Source: Minutocellus sp. GHC0000111
Lineage: Eukaryota
Direction: 5' to 3'
Length of the DNA stretch: 64,000 nt
NCBI GenBank assembly: GCA_977018835.1
Contig: OZ361256.1
Coordinates: 3,658,001 to 3,722,000, forward strand
A program made the translations under genes and the position numbers. Each line of letters begins with the position of its first letter. Within the stretch, counting starts at the first letter, position 1. Shown in pieces: positions 10,994 to 23,333 of this stretch. The notes below the pieces were generated by a model. It ran no database searches. It had not been told where the DNA came from and saw only the letters and a list, made by a program, of their open reading frames with translations.

Positions 10994-12390
10994 ATGTCGA
11001 GGCGCAAAACGCCCCCCGCGATGCTGGAAATGATGACGACGTGGAGCGCGAACAATGAATCCTCGGACGGCCGGCCGAAGAAAGTCAAGCAAGGCGTGGG
11101 GCGCGATACCAACCCATCCATCAATTGCTGCTCGGGCGAAGTAGATTCACCAAACCAACAACAGGGACAAAACGGCCAAGCTGTTCACCCACCACGACCA
11201 ATTCCACGTCCACAAGACCCTCGGTCTGCTGGTCTTGCTGCACTATCTGTACCGATTCGCATTGCTGTACCGATACGGCGATGCCTTCCCACAATCCAAC
11301 AACATGGAATCTCCCCATTGGGCATCGGCCGGCGTCCTCCTTCACGGGTTTCTGTCGTGGTCCTCTCTACTGTTGCCCCTCCCGTCCAAGCGCAACTTCA
11401 ATGCGCCCATGGTGAGAGTTGTTGGCCACATTCATGGCAATATGCATGCATGTACATGTAGCCTCGATGCTTACTCACTTAGTTTGGGATTTATTGACTT
11501 ACTTATTGCCCTTCCTTCCCTCTCATTCTCGTGATATATGTAACATGCTACCAAACAACCACAACCATGATGCAGATATGGCCGGAATTCCGGCTGCACA
11601 GCATCACCTTCGCCACGCGGCACGTCGTTGCCACGCTCCTAACCTTGAATGATTGGTGGCCCGACGAGCGGCGCAGCTACCTGTGTCATGGTCTGGCCCG
11701 CGCGGCGGTACTCCTGGGTGCCGTCCAGGTGGCGTCCATCATCACCGAGCGATACGGATGCCGGCACCAGCGCACGGCCAACTCCATGCCGTATCCCTCG
11801 ACCGTAGCGGACGATCAGCGACCCGCGATCAAGAAGAGCTATGCATTGGCGCAGTTCGCGGCCACGGCGGTGTGTCTCCTGCCCGATGCCACCGTCAACT
11901 TTGCCCCGTTGTTGGCGATCCAGATGGCACCGTTCCTGATGACGCTGGTGCGGAAGGGCAAGGTAACGGCCGGGACGTACCATCGGGTGTACGCAGTCAG
12001 TTTGTGGCTGGGCTACGTCATGGTGTTTGTGAGATTGTTGGCTGGGGATGGACGGGGAGTGACCAAGATTGTGGGCCTCAAGACCATCTGATGTTGAGTT
12101 TTCACAGCAGCAAATTGCGTCGACACGTATCGGCCATGGCGGTGTGGGGGATCAACGTGATTCTATCGGCGGCGATATTCCCACTTCTACTGGAGGATAG
12201 GCTCGATGCGATGGTTTCGGTCGATATGGCGAGGGCATTCTTTTGGTTTGTGACAATACAAGCGACGTGCAGACAAGCATTGGTGTATGCACGTCTCTTT
12301 GGCATGACGAGGTTGAGAGTTTCCATGTCTTGCAGCAGCAGTAGCAGCAGCGGCAGCAAGTCCATAATTTGTGGAAAGGTACGATCGTAA
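10994..12390 (+). pseudogene. Multi-pass membrane protein with two apparent frameshifts (~11170, ~12085); intron 11412-11575
   Basis: KLFTHHDQFHVHKTLGLLVLLHYLYRF, PM|IWPEFRLHSITF, AIQMAPFLMTLVRKG. Hydrophobic segments continue in another frame after 12091. Confidence 0.6.
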
Positions 12391-12749
12391 TGCAAAGGCA
12401 AAAGAAGATTCATTCCAAAGAAAAAGAATGATTCATTTCCGTTTACATATATATATATATATATTTAAGATTTGAAAGTGACAGGGATATGTTTCAACTA
12501 CATGTGAGGCATTGTTGCTTTGGTCGATTCGATTCATTTCCAGACTACTTTTGCTACACACGAAGATATTTTTTGAAGCTCTCTATAGACGCAAATACTT
12601 TGTAAAGATAGTGCAACCAGCGACGTTACATACGTCAGTAGTAGTGGGTCCGTCCCAACCTTTGGGCCGGCGAGAAGGATCGCTGCCTGCCGTTCTCTTG
12701 GCGTCCGGGTGAGGCAGGGTATGAGCTGATAGTAATAGCAATACAGCTT

Positions 12750-14278
12750 CTATTCAGGGCAAAATTGACAGCATAGTGCTGCCTTTGCTTTAAAGCCGAC
12801 GCCGGTGCAGACGCAGGAGGGACAGCACGTGGTGCAGCAGGCAGGCTCTGTCGCCATACCGCACTGCTGATAGTTGCACGAATCACAATCCAATGACGGC
12901 ATCATGGATGGCTCCACTGATGGCACATACGACGGTTCCAGCGATGGCTTTGACGACGGCATGTCGCTCGGAACGTCGCTGGGTACGTCGCTCGGCTCCA
13001 CCGTCGGTCCCAAGCTGGGCTCTCTGCTCGGTTCAGATGACGGCAACGAGCTTGGCTCGCTACTTGGCGATGACGACGGTGATGAGCTGGGCTCGCTACT
13101 TGGCGATGACGACGGTGATGAGCTTGGCTCGCTACTTGGCGATGACGACGGCAACGAGCTGGGTTCACTACTTGGCGATGACGATAGAGACAAGCTGGGC
13201 GATGCCGATGGAGACGAGCTGGGGTCATTGCTCGGCTGAGACGATGGCTTACTCGACGGTGAGGGGGTAGGTCTAAATGTCGGAGAAGCAGTTGGAGACG
13301 AGGAAGGAAGCGAAGAGGAGGTCACCGATGGCTGACTCGAAGGGCGAGACGACGCACGCAAGCTCGGAGCCATGGATGGGGATATATTTGGCTCATCAGT
13401 TGGGTAAGACGATGGAGACGAGCTGGGCAAGCTGCTCGGCGAAGACGACTGCATGTTGCTTGGTCCATATGACGGGGAGCTGCTAGGAAGAAACGAAGGT
13501 GTACCGCTCGGGGCCTCGGACGGCAAAGTCGATGGACTCGATGATTTGCTCTGGAGATTTCCCACAGAGCCAATTTCAACTCCATCTGCAACTGTGACGG
13601 AATTGACGGTATCATCATATGTTTCCTGACATTTTGTAGAACAGGTCGATCCAGTGTAGACAATATTTGTGTTGAGGTCAAGCAGATACGTCGCATTTGT
13701 GGTGTTTGTATCGGTGGTGTTTGTGTCGTTGAACTGAAGACGACGTCCTAATCCATCAACACTACTTTCGCCAATAATCGTGGCAAAAGTACAGCAACTG
13801 ACGATTGTGATCGACAGTGTTGGTTCTGCATTTGCTATTAGGTCAGCGCAGGTCAAGTCCTCGATACATCCTTTGGAATGAGCTTAACATTAATAGGAAG
13901 AGTGACTGTCCCTGCATATGCACCAAAGTCATAAAACTTGAACTCATCATCACCATCTCCTCCTTGCGGGAAGTCAGCGAAACTGATGCATTCTACGGCA
14001 TTGGTTTTTGAAAAACTTTTCGACCCGCCACTTATCGTGCTGGCAGACTTGGCGCTTTTACTACCGCTCTTGCCCTTCATGGACGAGCCGCCAATCGAGC
14101 TTTTCAATCGACTCCCAGAAGAAGCCCCAACGGACTTGGCACTTTTACTGTTGGACTTGGAAGACCCGCCCAACTTGCGTAGGTACCGCCACCTGACCTC
14201 ATAGACATTGTCGTCAATGTCACCAGAAGACAAGGAGACGAAAAGAGCGACCACGGTAAAGGAGCTGGCAAAACGCAT
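12750..14278 (-). CDS. Secreted Ser/Pro-rich, cell-wall/adhesive-like protein with a 1-nt frameshift near 13872
   Basis: Signal peptide MRFASSFTVVALFVSLSSG; RYLRKL and RRLQ motifs; S/K/G-rich segment; PSSEPSSSPS repeats; Cys-rich C-terminus. Adding one A at ccaaagga joins the two ORFs. Confidence 0.7.
13030..13235. repeat. Coding minisatellite, ~36-bp unit (PSSSPSSEPSSS)
   Basis: Repeated gagctgggctcgctacttggcgatgacgacggtgat-like units. Confidence 0.8.
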
Positions 14279-14550
14279 TTTCGATCAGCAGCGGAACGGC
14301 AATGTAGAGGGTGGGATAGCTACGATGTTATCAGCAGTACTTGCATTTTAGCGATCACAGGAAGATACATACATGTAGTGCTTTGACTCTGTGTGTTTTG
14401 TTTTGCGTAACACAGAGCGTAACACAGTAAGCGGCGATGTTGAAAATATGTGTAGGCCAGGAATATTGGACATTGCTTACCCACGAATTACTTGTTGCTT
14501 TGATCCTGGCTGCGTGCGGTGCGTCAGTGGCGGCCGCGCCAAAACAGCGG

Positions 14551-15226
14551 GCTTCGTGGCAGGAGTGGTCTAGGAGAGGTGGCCAAGATCGCACATGGGC
14601 TTGGCAGCCTTCAGGTCGAGGCTAATGAAAAAAATGGCTACCACCTTCACATCGATGTAAGCAACCTCACTTTGCCGCAACTTATCAAAGTATGCCAGAA
14701 CTTTGTCAAATATGAAAGAATCATGGATCGCTTCTTCCCATCGTCCCGCCGCACAGGTAGCAAAGGGAGTGATCGCCACTTCAAAAGCAATCGAGCATCA
14801 GTTGCCGAGGACCGCCAGGGGGTTTCCAATCGCGAGATACAGGACATTCTTACTCGTTCTCAATCTGTTGCTGAACTTGCTGCTACCATGAATCGTGGTG
14901 ACCGTTCGAGGCATTACAAACTCAATCTCGAGAATTTGGTCTCTGGTAGGCAACCAACGATTGAATTTCGGCAACATGTCGCGGTAACAAGCTACCGTGA
15001 TATATCGGCATGGATCTGCTTTTGCTCCAACTTTGTGTTTAATTCGGCAAGATTGAGACCGCCCTCTCCATTTGCTTCCTCAACTACCTTAGACGAGCGG
15101 TCCGATGCATTGTTTGACTACGTTATCAAGGACGAGGAACTACGCACCTTTTACCTCTTGCGTATTGAGCAAGAGGCAGCTGTTGCAGATGAGTGCGAAG
15201 CGGAGGATGAGACGCTCATTGCATGA
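14551..15226 (+). pseudogene. 5'-truncated amidoligase copy
   Basis: Homology begins at LRGRSGL; the FELVSP motif of copy A is missing. Confidence 0.75.
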
Positions 15227-16396
15227 AGAAATCTGTTACAGTCAGGTTATTTTGGTTATGTACTAACATACACTAAACCATACTTAGGTCGTACTGCTCT
15301 AGCACGACGATACGACGATGCGCGGCAACTATTTACGCCGAGTTGCTAGATTTTCATCTGCATGCATTTTTCCTTGCAGCGAGAATGCGTACATGTATCG
15401 CAAGCAACCCTGTACCACAGGGCACCTCTCCTAATCCCTCCTTGATCACATACACATTATTCCTCAAGAAACGCGAGGAATTTCTCCAACTTGGATCGGC
15501 CAGACTTGGTGCACGAATCAAATGTCTCACTATGCTCACCAGTATCGAAGAACGACGTCTCGAGTTCCTCCGGCATCTTCTTTTGGTACGTTGCAGAGCA
15601 GGCCGATCCCAGCCGTACAGGGCAAACATGCCTGCTGATCTCTCCTGGTCTCTTTTCGCTCACAAACAATTCTGTATATCCTCCATATCCGTGGCGGGAA
15701 TACACATTGCCACAATTGAGGCACACCTCGTTGCTCCCGTGCATCCTATTGCACCCCACGCACCCCCTCTTGACCGGATCGGGCAGGTTGCTACCCGGAA
15801 AGGTCCGCTCGAGGTAGGCTCGGGCATCCTTCGCATCTTCAAGCCATGCTTCGATCTTGCCCAGACCGACCTGCACGGTTTCCAAATGCAGCCGGAATCG
15901 ATTTAGAAAGTGCGGCAACGCGTCGTCGTGCAGCATCAACGCCGTCTCAAAGTAGGTCGGGTAGTCGGGAAACCCATCTTTCATGGGCACGGCAACGATG
16001 GACGCCAGCTCTTCCGGCACCATGGTTGGGATCCCTCTGATCGTTAGTTTCTCGTACGAAGCCGATACGTAGAACCTGGTCATGATCTTGGTCGTGGCCT
16101 GTTTGCCGGGCGCCGCCTCCTGGCATATGTATGGCACGGGCCGCGCGTCCACGAACCGATAAATCAATCGCGTGAAGAACTGTCTGCCATCCACGTCGAC
16201 CGCGCGAGCAGTTCCGGTGGCACCCGTACACATTCTCTCGCGGCATCGTTGCCATATCTCCTCGTTGGTCGTGAGCAGGGCCCGGACCAGCCGCAGACTC
16301 AGGGCCAGGTCGTGACTTTCGGCCCCGGCGGCACCCGCATCCGCCGCCGCACCCTCGCTCGCATCTGCAAGGGCGGTTGCCGCCGCCTGCGCCGCG
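14551..16396. repeat. Copy B of the 1846-bp duplication
   Basis: Matches 160-2005. Confidence 0.95.
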
Positions 16397-16528
16397 AGGA
16401 GGTCCGTCCGCTCCCTCCGGATGCGGGCCAGCATGGCCAGGGGTTCTTCTTTTTCGGGCGCATGATGAGCGGCCCTCGCCGAGTTTTGGCTTTTTCGATG
16501 CCCTCTCCGCCATTGCAGAGGCAGACAT
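15457..16528 (-). CDS. Hypothetical protein with C-terminal Cys/His cluster (possible zinc finger); probable frameshift near 16460
   Basis: 325-aa ORF with CVGC, CLNCG..H, HVCP. An upstream MSASAMAERASKKPK (NLS-like) start is in another frame. Confidence 0.55.
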
Positions 16529-16797
16529 GAAATAAAGGATGTTTTAATAACGCCGTATCTTGGCGTCGCTCTGACTTCCGCCGCGCAAGGATAGGAGGGA
16601 AAAGCAGCAGCAACTCACATGTCATGTGCTCAACTGGCGGTTTGCGCCACACCGGCGCGCATCATCGGCGTCGGCCGTACGTATACGACCGCACGTAGCA
16701 AAATGGGCGGTCTGACCCGTCGTCCGTCTCGCTAGCGCAGCGTCACTCATTTTTTTCTTTCTTGACTTGCTGACTTTGGACTCTGCCGAAAGCAACC

Positions 16798-18657
16798 ATG
16801 GGCGGTGCCGGCGGCCGAGCATCGTCGTCCGCCGCGGCCCTTGTGGCGGCTGTATCCGCAACAGCTGCCATCGGGAGCTATCTGGTCTGGCGGCGCATCT
16901 CTTCTCCTCGTGAAGATACGAAAAATGCAGAAAGTGACACCTCCCGTGCTGCAAATGCAAATGCTTGGAATGCTGACGCAACGGCAACCGCCGCCGAAGA
17001 CGACCAGGACGACACCTTCGTCCGGGACGAGAGCGGCATCCCCGCCTCCATTGGCGGCGGTGCTGCTTCCGCCCCTACTGCCACCGACAGGGACGCATCT
17101 GGTAATTATGCCGCCGCAGCCACAGAGAGCGAGGAGCACTTTGGACGAAATTTGCGGGTGGACCTCCGCCCTGTCCAGTCGCCGGGGACTATCACCATCG
17201 CGTATGCGTCTACTACCGACACGTGCAAGAACATGGCCGTCCAGCTCGAAACTTATTTGTGCAAGAAGCTGGGAGTCAAGTCGAGCGAGGATGGTGGTAG
17301 TGGCAGTGGTAGTAGTGGCAGTAGTAGTGATAGTAGCAGCAAGGTCAAGGTGCAGATCTGCCGCGTCGACGAGCTCGATTGGTGGGACGAGGTCCTCAAC
17401 CCTGACGAAGACGATGAAAATAATTCCGCAAGCAACTCAACCAGCCTCCCCCCTCCCGTCGTCCTCTTCGTCCTGCCCACCTGGACCGACGGCGCCCTCC
17501 CCCCCACCTCCCAACCTCTGCTGACCTCCCTCCACGAGATCTCCACCGATTGGAGGGTCAGTCCCCACCCGTTGCGCAACACCGACCATCCCGCCCAGAC
17601 GCTGCACGTGGCGTCCTTTGGCGTGGGAAGCAGCGCGTACGATCCCGATACGTTCTGCAAACCGGCCAAAGACGTGGTGGAACTGTTGTGCGACAAGTTG
17701 GGCGGACGGAGATTGATGGGGGGCAAGAGCAAGAGTAAGGGTGGTGGATGTGTCGGTATGGGCGATGTGGAGAGTGGTGATTATAGAGAGGAGTTTCGGA
17801 TGTGGATGGACCATGCGCCCACTCCGGAATCTCTGGAGGCCATTGACCGTCCTCTGTTCCGTGATGCGTGGGATCGTCTCCGTCGGTCGCTCCGATGCCT
17901 CAAGGACAAGGGTCAACGTACCGTGGCCCGCCTCACCGTCGTCAAGGGTTGGAATTCCGATGAGGTCGAAGGCTATGCCAAGCTCATTGCTCTGGGTCAC
18001 TGCTCGTTGGTGGAGATGAAGGGCGTCACCTTCTGCGGCAAGTCCGATGCCTCCAACCTCAATATGAGCAATACACCGTGGCATCACGAGGTGGTCGATC
18101 TGGCCACCCAGCTCCGTGACGAGCTGAACCGCATGCACGAGGCTGGCGGCGACGATGCTCCGCCTCGATATGAGTTTGCCTGCGAGCACAAGCATTCGGT
18201 ATCGGTGCTGCTGGCGCGAGTCGATCAGTTTGCCTATGAGGATCCCGAGACCGGTGAGCGCAAGTGGAAGGCTTGGATTGATTACGGCAAGTTCCAGGAG
18301 CTGGCCGCCAAGAACGCCGCCGATCCTACCTTTACCTTTGGCGTGGAGGATTACACAGCGGAGGCACCGTCGTGGGCCCTGTTTGGTGCCAACGAGGAGG
18401 GATTTGACCCTACCGATACTCGGCATCGCAAGAAGAAGAAGCATCCCAAGTATACTCAGTTCGATAAGGATGGAGTGCCAACGCACGATGATGCTGGCAA
18501 TGCAATCCCCGAGGAGGAGAGGAAGAAGCTTCGAGCCATGATGGATCAAAAGATCAAGGAGGTCGGAGCTGGATCAACCGTTACTGCCTTGACCAGCGGA
18601 GAGAAGTTGATTTCGGATCCTTCTCTTATGTTCCGCGGCAAGACGGTGGTGAAGTAG
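16798..18657 (+). pseudogene. TYW1: tRNA wybutosine-synthesis protein TYW1 with a large in-frame internal deletion
   Basis: N-terminal hydrophobic anchor and flavodoxin-like domain (IAYASTTDTC, FGVGSSAY), then directly APTPESLEAIDRPLF, RTVARLTVVKGWN, EMKGVTFCG, PWHHEVV, CEHKHS, GFDP. No CxxxCxxC radical-SAM motif. Confidence 0.85.
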
Positions 18658-18679
18658 GTAAAGTAAGTGGATAAAAGAG

Positions 18680-19540
18680 CTAACGAGAATATTTATTTCT
18701 TAATAGGGTGCGCCAAATGTTGCACTTGTATGGTATCAGCGGTATCGCCTTAGATATGATAGTACTCTGAAATCTTTCGAGGTTAACGTCTTGACGACCG
18801 ACGCAGCTCTTCAATATCCCGCTTTTAGCAATGGCCTTTGAATCAGCGATCCTCTTCAATTTTGTCTTGTTTTTGATGATGCCAACATAGTCACCTATCT
18901 TTTCTAATACACCGTCAAATGATGCAAGGCACGCGTTGGCACTAGCCGTTCTTCCAATATCCGTCAGTAGACTGTCCCAAATATCGCGTGACTTCCCTTT
19001 GGTGACGGCTTCATCAACCAACATCGATGCTCCAACACTTCCAATTCTTGTTCCAAGCATCTTTTTCATTGCACCATCCGAATACTGGGGATCTGGCAAT
19101 GTGCCAAGCAAACAGTTGTGAAAAAGAATATTGGGCTGGAGAAGATCCCCCATCCAGCCAATAAAAAGTCTTGGCATATCTTCAAGTTCCCACAATTCAT
19201 TTTGATACTGCACTTCATATAGAAAGTGGTGAAGCCTGCGGGCATCCGGTTTTGCACTGCCTTCTTCTAATACGCCTTCCAAAATTAGCCATTTGGCAAA
19301 ATCAACCGCGCCTTTCCGTAAGGGAAACTGGTTTGTTGCATAGAAGCATGTGCTGATTGCCGACGTTTCTTCCATGACCTCCAGAACTTCAGACTTGGCT
19401 CCATTCTGATAGAGCCACTTGACAACATCAAAGTGATAATGGTTTGAAGCGGAAAAAATTGGGCACCATTCGACAGGGCATCGGGTCGTCACGGCCCCAC
19501 GAACGTGATAGAGGCACCGGCACATCGGCAGATCACCAAG
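18680..19540 (-). pseudogene. Ankyrin-like protein, paralog of 22288, lacking its N-terminus
   Basis: GDLPMCRCLYHVRGA and HFDVVKWLYQNGAK parallel GDLPMCRYLHHVRGA and HSDLAKWLYLHGAK; homology ends just upstream. Confidence 0.55.
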
Positions 19541-19741
19541 ACCCGAAAAATAAGCCTATGTCAAGACGATCCTGGAACGCGTTCAGGATAATCTTGTGAA
19601 TATGGGTCGCTAGCAGCTACGTACAAAGAACTCTTAAGATTCATAAACGATTATTTTACATTGGCTTTTATAAGTTCTCATAAAGGAAGAAGATATTTAT
19701 AGGACGAGGCATTTGCATATCAGTCGTTACCACTCGCGGCG

Positions 19742-21807
19742 TTAATGCCTGTTGCTGGTATCCAAAAGATGGCTAATGCCATTCAATAGGACGAAAGAAC
19801 CAACAACTTGCGTCGTGCGGATGGCAAGGCCCTTCGGCAAGAGCAGGGCCAGAGCTATAGCGGCAACATCTCTCGCCGGTCCGGGCATGGTGCTCGGCAC
19901 TCGTTGCTTTGCGGCATTTATCAGGCTCTGGACATGGACGCTGTAGGAAACATCGGGCTGCAGCAGCTTCATGGTACTTACGTTGTGTGGAACATGGGAG
20001 AAGTAACCCGAAATAACACCTGCCGTCATACTGCCCAAGGCATTCCGCATGACCTTTGTATCACAAACATCTCTTGGGATGCGCTCCTCCGCCCAATCCG
20101 TCAGGTTGTTCAAGCCCAAACCAAAGATGATCTCACGACCACATCGAGGAACGACGCCACGGATCCATCGACGGTACAGCGGCTCGGGGTTGGAATGACC
20201 GGCGTTGCACGCCTCCAATATACTCGATATGGGCGTCATTAGCACACCAGGAAGAAGCGCCGGTATCAGCATGATCAAACTTCGAGCCTGCTCATCACCC
20301 CGCGCCGTCGCGGCAGCTACCGGTTCCTCTAATATTCCAGCCAACCATTGCCGACTGAGCTTGAAACCATTGATGTACATGACACGGGTAGGAATCTGCA
20401 CATGCATCTCTGGAAACATTTGCGCCAGCGACATTCCCGAACTTTTGACCGCCGAAGGAGCCGCCTTACCAGCGGCATCCTTGGCCATTGTCGATTGAAT
20501 CGCCGCATTCAAAAACGAGTTGAGCGCACTCCGATAGTACGATTCCACTGCGGCCGCAACACTCACAGCGGCAACATTGACCTTTTGGGCCGGCTGCTCA
20601 AACAGCGGCGTGCTGTACGAATTGCTCAGTCTGAAAACCTCGGCGGCCAATCCCGAGGCAATGTCGAGCGCAAGCTCATTGTCGTTCACATTTCGCGCCG
20701 TCACGGCCTTTTGCAGGGCCTTGGAAGACAACCTCCAGCACACACCGCTGGTAATGGCCGTGGTGGTGGCCACGGCTGGCAGTTCACCAAACACGTGCAA
20801 CGTGCCAAAGGAATTGTACCCACCGTGCAGATGCGTGGCCGGTCCACTGTTGCTACCGACGACACTGATCCGTCCGCCCTTTTTGATGATGTCCTCGTCG
20901 GCCTGCTTGGTCTTTTGATCACGATCGTCGAGGGTCCGCAGCAAATCAGCCTCGACCCGACGCATCCGTGCGGCATCGGTAACAGGTTCATTGGTCTTGA
21001 TATCGGTAACGGTATGGATCTGGTAGGCCGTGTGCATGCAGTCGCTGTGCTCGTGGTCGCATGGGGAATCACCGCTTTTGGAGGTGGCATCATTGCCATC
21101 GCCGTCACCAAACACGGCCCGGTACAGAAAGTTACCGCCGCCACTGCCGCTCCCTCCAGCTTCCGCCTTGGCATATAGTTCCTGTGTTTCTCGTTTCTTC
21201 ATTCGTGTGGTTTTAATAGACGAGCTATCGATGGACAACCCCTGAGCTCGGAGGGCCGACGCCACCTTGGCGACGAGGCCAGCCTGGTCAGGGCACATAA
21301 TATCAATGGTAGATGTTTTCCGTCCGTCAGGACCGGCTGGCAGGGCTCGAACTACTGTAGGCTGCACAAAAGAATGCGTGTGACGACGGACCAAAGTCGT
21401 TGGACTAGCCGATGATGCACCTGAAGATGCAGGGACAATGGCTGACGATGGATCCGAAGCATTCGTAATCTGACCAGCGGACGCGGTACTGGCAGTGTCG
21501 CTGGTCAACTTCTCGGCCTCCTCGACGCTCAACGGGGTGGCATCCTCCACGCTCTCGTAGACCTGCCGGCCCTGCGTCCGTCGGGCCAGTCGGCCGGCCG
21601 TCACGACGAACAAACTGGATTGAGGCTCGCCCTCGCGCGGACCGAGGGTGTCGCCCGGGCTGAACTGGACGCGTTCCATCTCCATCGCCAGACGGAACAG
21701 GCTGGCTTCGGAGGCGTGCTGGAATATGCATGTTTGCGGAGAGCGGCGATGAGGGTGCGGATTTCAGAGGCCGATGCCTCCGAGGCTGGCGTGATGGTGA
21801 GGGTCAT
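19742..21807 (-). CDS. cNMP-binding + ACT + mitochondrial-carrier-like fusion protein; 1-nt frameshift near 21733
   Basis: cNMP: IFQH..MERVQFSPGD..EGEPQSSLFVVTAGRL and FGTLH..ATTTA..WRL. ACT: IMCPDQAGLVAKVASALRAQGLSI. Carrier-like: MTPISSILEA, IRGVVPRCGREIIF, AGVISGYFSHVPHNVSTMK. Confidence 0.7.
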
Positions 21808-22287
21808 GGTTGGTTATGAGGAAGAGGAGGAACGAGAACTTGACCTGCCTTGACTTTGATGCGGTCCGAAACCGCCGAATGAAGTTCCGCACGTCGTATC
21901 TTATGTGCTCGAAAGTGCGCACAAGATGTGTTGCTCTTGGAATCAGCCAAAATAAAGTTATGCCCAATGAAAGAGAGGGACGACAAGTAGAACTGCGCAA
22001 CAATGCAGCAACTATCAATAGGCGGTAACCGAACTTCAAAGATACGACGGCATCAAGGAGCGTGAGCATGAATGGCCGAACGGCGAAATGCAAATTCAAA
22101 AATTCGTCTTGCCGTCATCCGTTGGCCCGATCTACACGCAGTCAAAGCAAGCCTGGGCGAAAGGCAGTAAGGAGCAGTGAGGAGACCATCACACCAGTCT
22201 CCCTGCCTCGCGAAACAAATAGGCAGGAGAACTGAGACGACAAGGCGCACTGCCGCCCTTTCTATCTCCTGTTGTTCTAGCTAGATT

Positions 22288-23154
22288 ATGTCTTCCATTG
22301 CCGGCAATGACCAGCCGGCAGCCAAGAAGCAGAAGACGTGTGACAACGCCGACGGTCCCGTCGAGGACGACAAGACCGCTCGTGAGAAGCTGAGAGAGGC
22401 CGGCTTTGTCCCGGATGATGTTCACACCGCTCGATCAGAGCCAGAAATAGAGAAGCCCCAGTATTGTGGCAGTTGGAATGACATCACACCAATGACGCAT
22501 TTTGCCTTTCATGGCGACCTGCCGATGTGTCGGTATCTGCATCATGTCCGAGGCGCCGTGACGTCATCGACCGATGGGATAACGTTTTGGGTTCCCATGT
22601 ACGCTGCCCTATCTAGAGGCCACAGTGATCTAGCGAAGTGGCTGTATCTCCACGGGGCAAAGAAGGATGTATGGAGACGAAGTGGGGCGCACAATGGCTT
22701 CATATCTCAGACAGTTGGGACGAAGACCCTGCATTGGTTCATTGAGCGGAGTGTCATGCAGACGTCGGATGGTAGGACGCACGAACATCACGTCAGGCAA
22801 GTTCTGCTGAATGCTCATCAAGAGGAAGAATTTCGTTTTCGCAATTCAATCGAAATGCGACAGCATCTCGATCGTATGAAGTCATTCCTTCCGTGGTGCG
22901 CCCAAACGCTAGAGGATTTAGACCAGCCGTTTGAGATATTGCATACTTTCTTGTTGGGTACAGCATCTCTTCGTCGCGAAGATTTGAAAGATGACCGTGG
23001 TGGTGCATGGGCACCGTACAATAGATGCCTTGGTCCATTTCGGGGCATACTCGAACACATCATAGGGTACGTTTTGGGAGATTCAAAGAATCTTGCGAAA
23101 AAGAGAGAGGTTTTGCGACAGTTTTACCAGGTTTTATCGAACATAAAGATGTAG
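22288..23154 (+). CDS. Ankyrin-like repeat hypothetical protein
   Basis: TPMTHFAFHGDLPMCRYL and PMYAALSRGHSDLAKWLYLHGA. Confidence 0.65.
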   Translation: MSSIAGNDQPAAKKQKTCDNADGPVEDDKTAREKLREAGFVPDDVHTARSEPEIEKPQYCGSWNDITPMTHFAFHGDLPMCRYLHHVRGAVTSSTDGITFWVPMYAALSRGHSDLAKWLYLHGAKKDVWRRSGAHNGFISQTVGTKTLHWFIERSVMQTSDGRTHEHHVRQVLLNAHQEEEFRFRNSIEMRQHLDRMKSFLPWCAQTLEDLDQPFEILHTFLLGTASLRREDLKDDRGGAWAPYNRCLGPFRGILEHIIGYVLGDSKNLAKKREVLRQFYQVLSNIKM

Positions 23155-23333
23155 ATCTACATAAATGGAAGGTGGCATTTTTGATAAAAATCTTAGATTC
23201 TCAGTGTACAAACTCGTACTAGTAGGATGCTTGAAACTTCGCACAAGAGCAACTTGATTACTTAGTTACCAGGCATTATATTACTTCCTACCCTAACCTC
23301 GATTTTTAACATCATGTGTACTGGTATGAGAAA

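Noticed and set aside
12950..13460. Regular ~36-bp repeats resembling a CRISPR array
   Set aside because: No unique spacers; the units are in-frame Ser/Pro coding repeats in a eukaryotic gene and no cas genes are present.
13865..13880. Programmed ribosomal frameshifting as an explanation for split genes
   Set aside because: No shared slippery motif; lesion sizes and directions vary.
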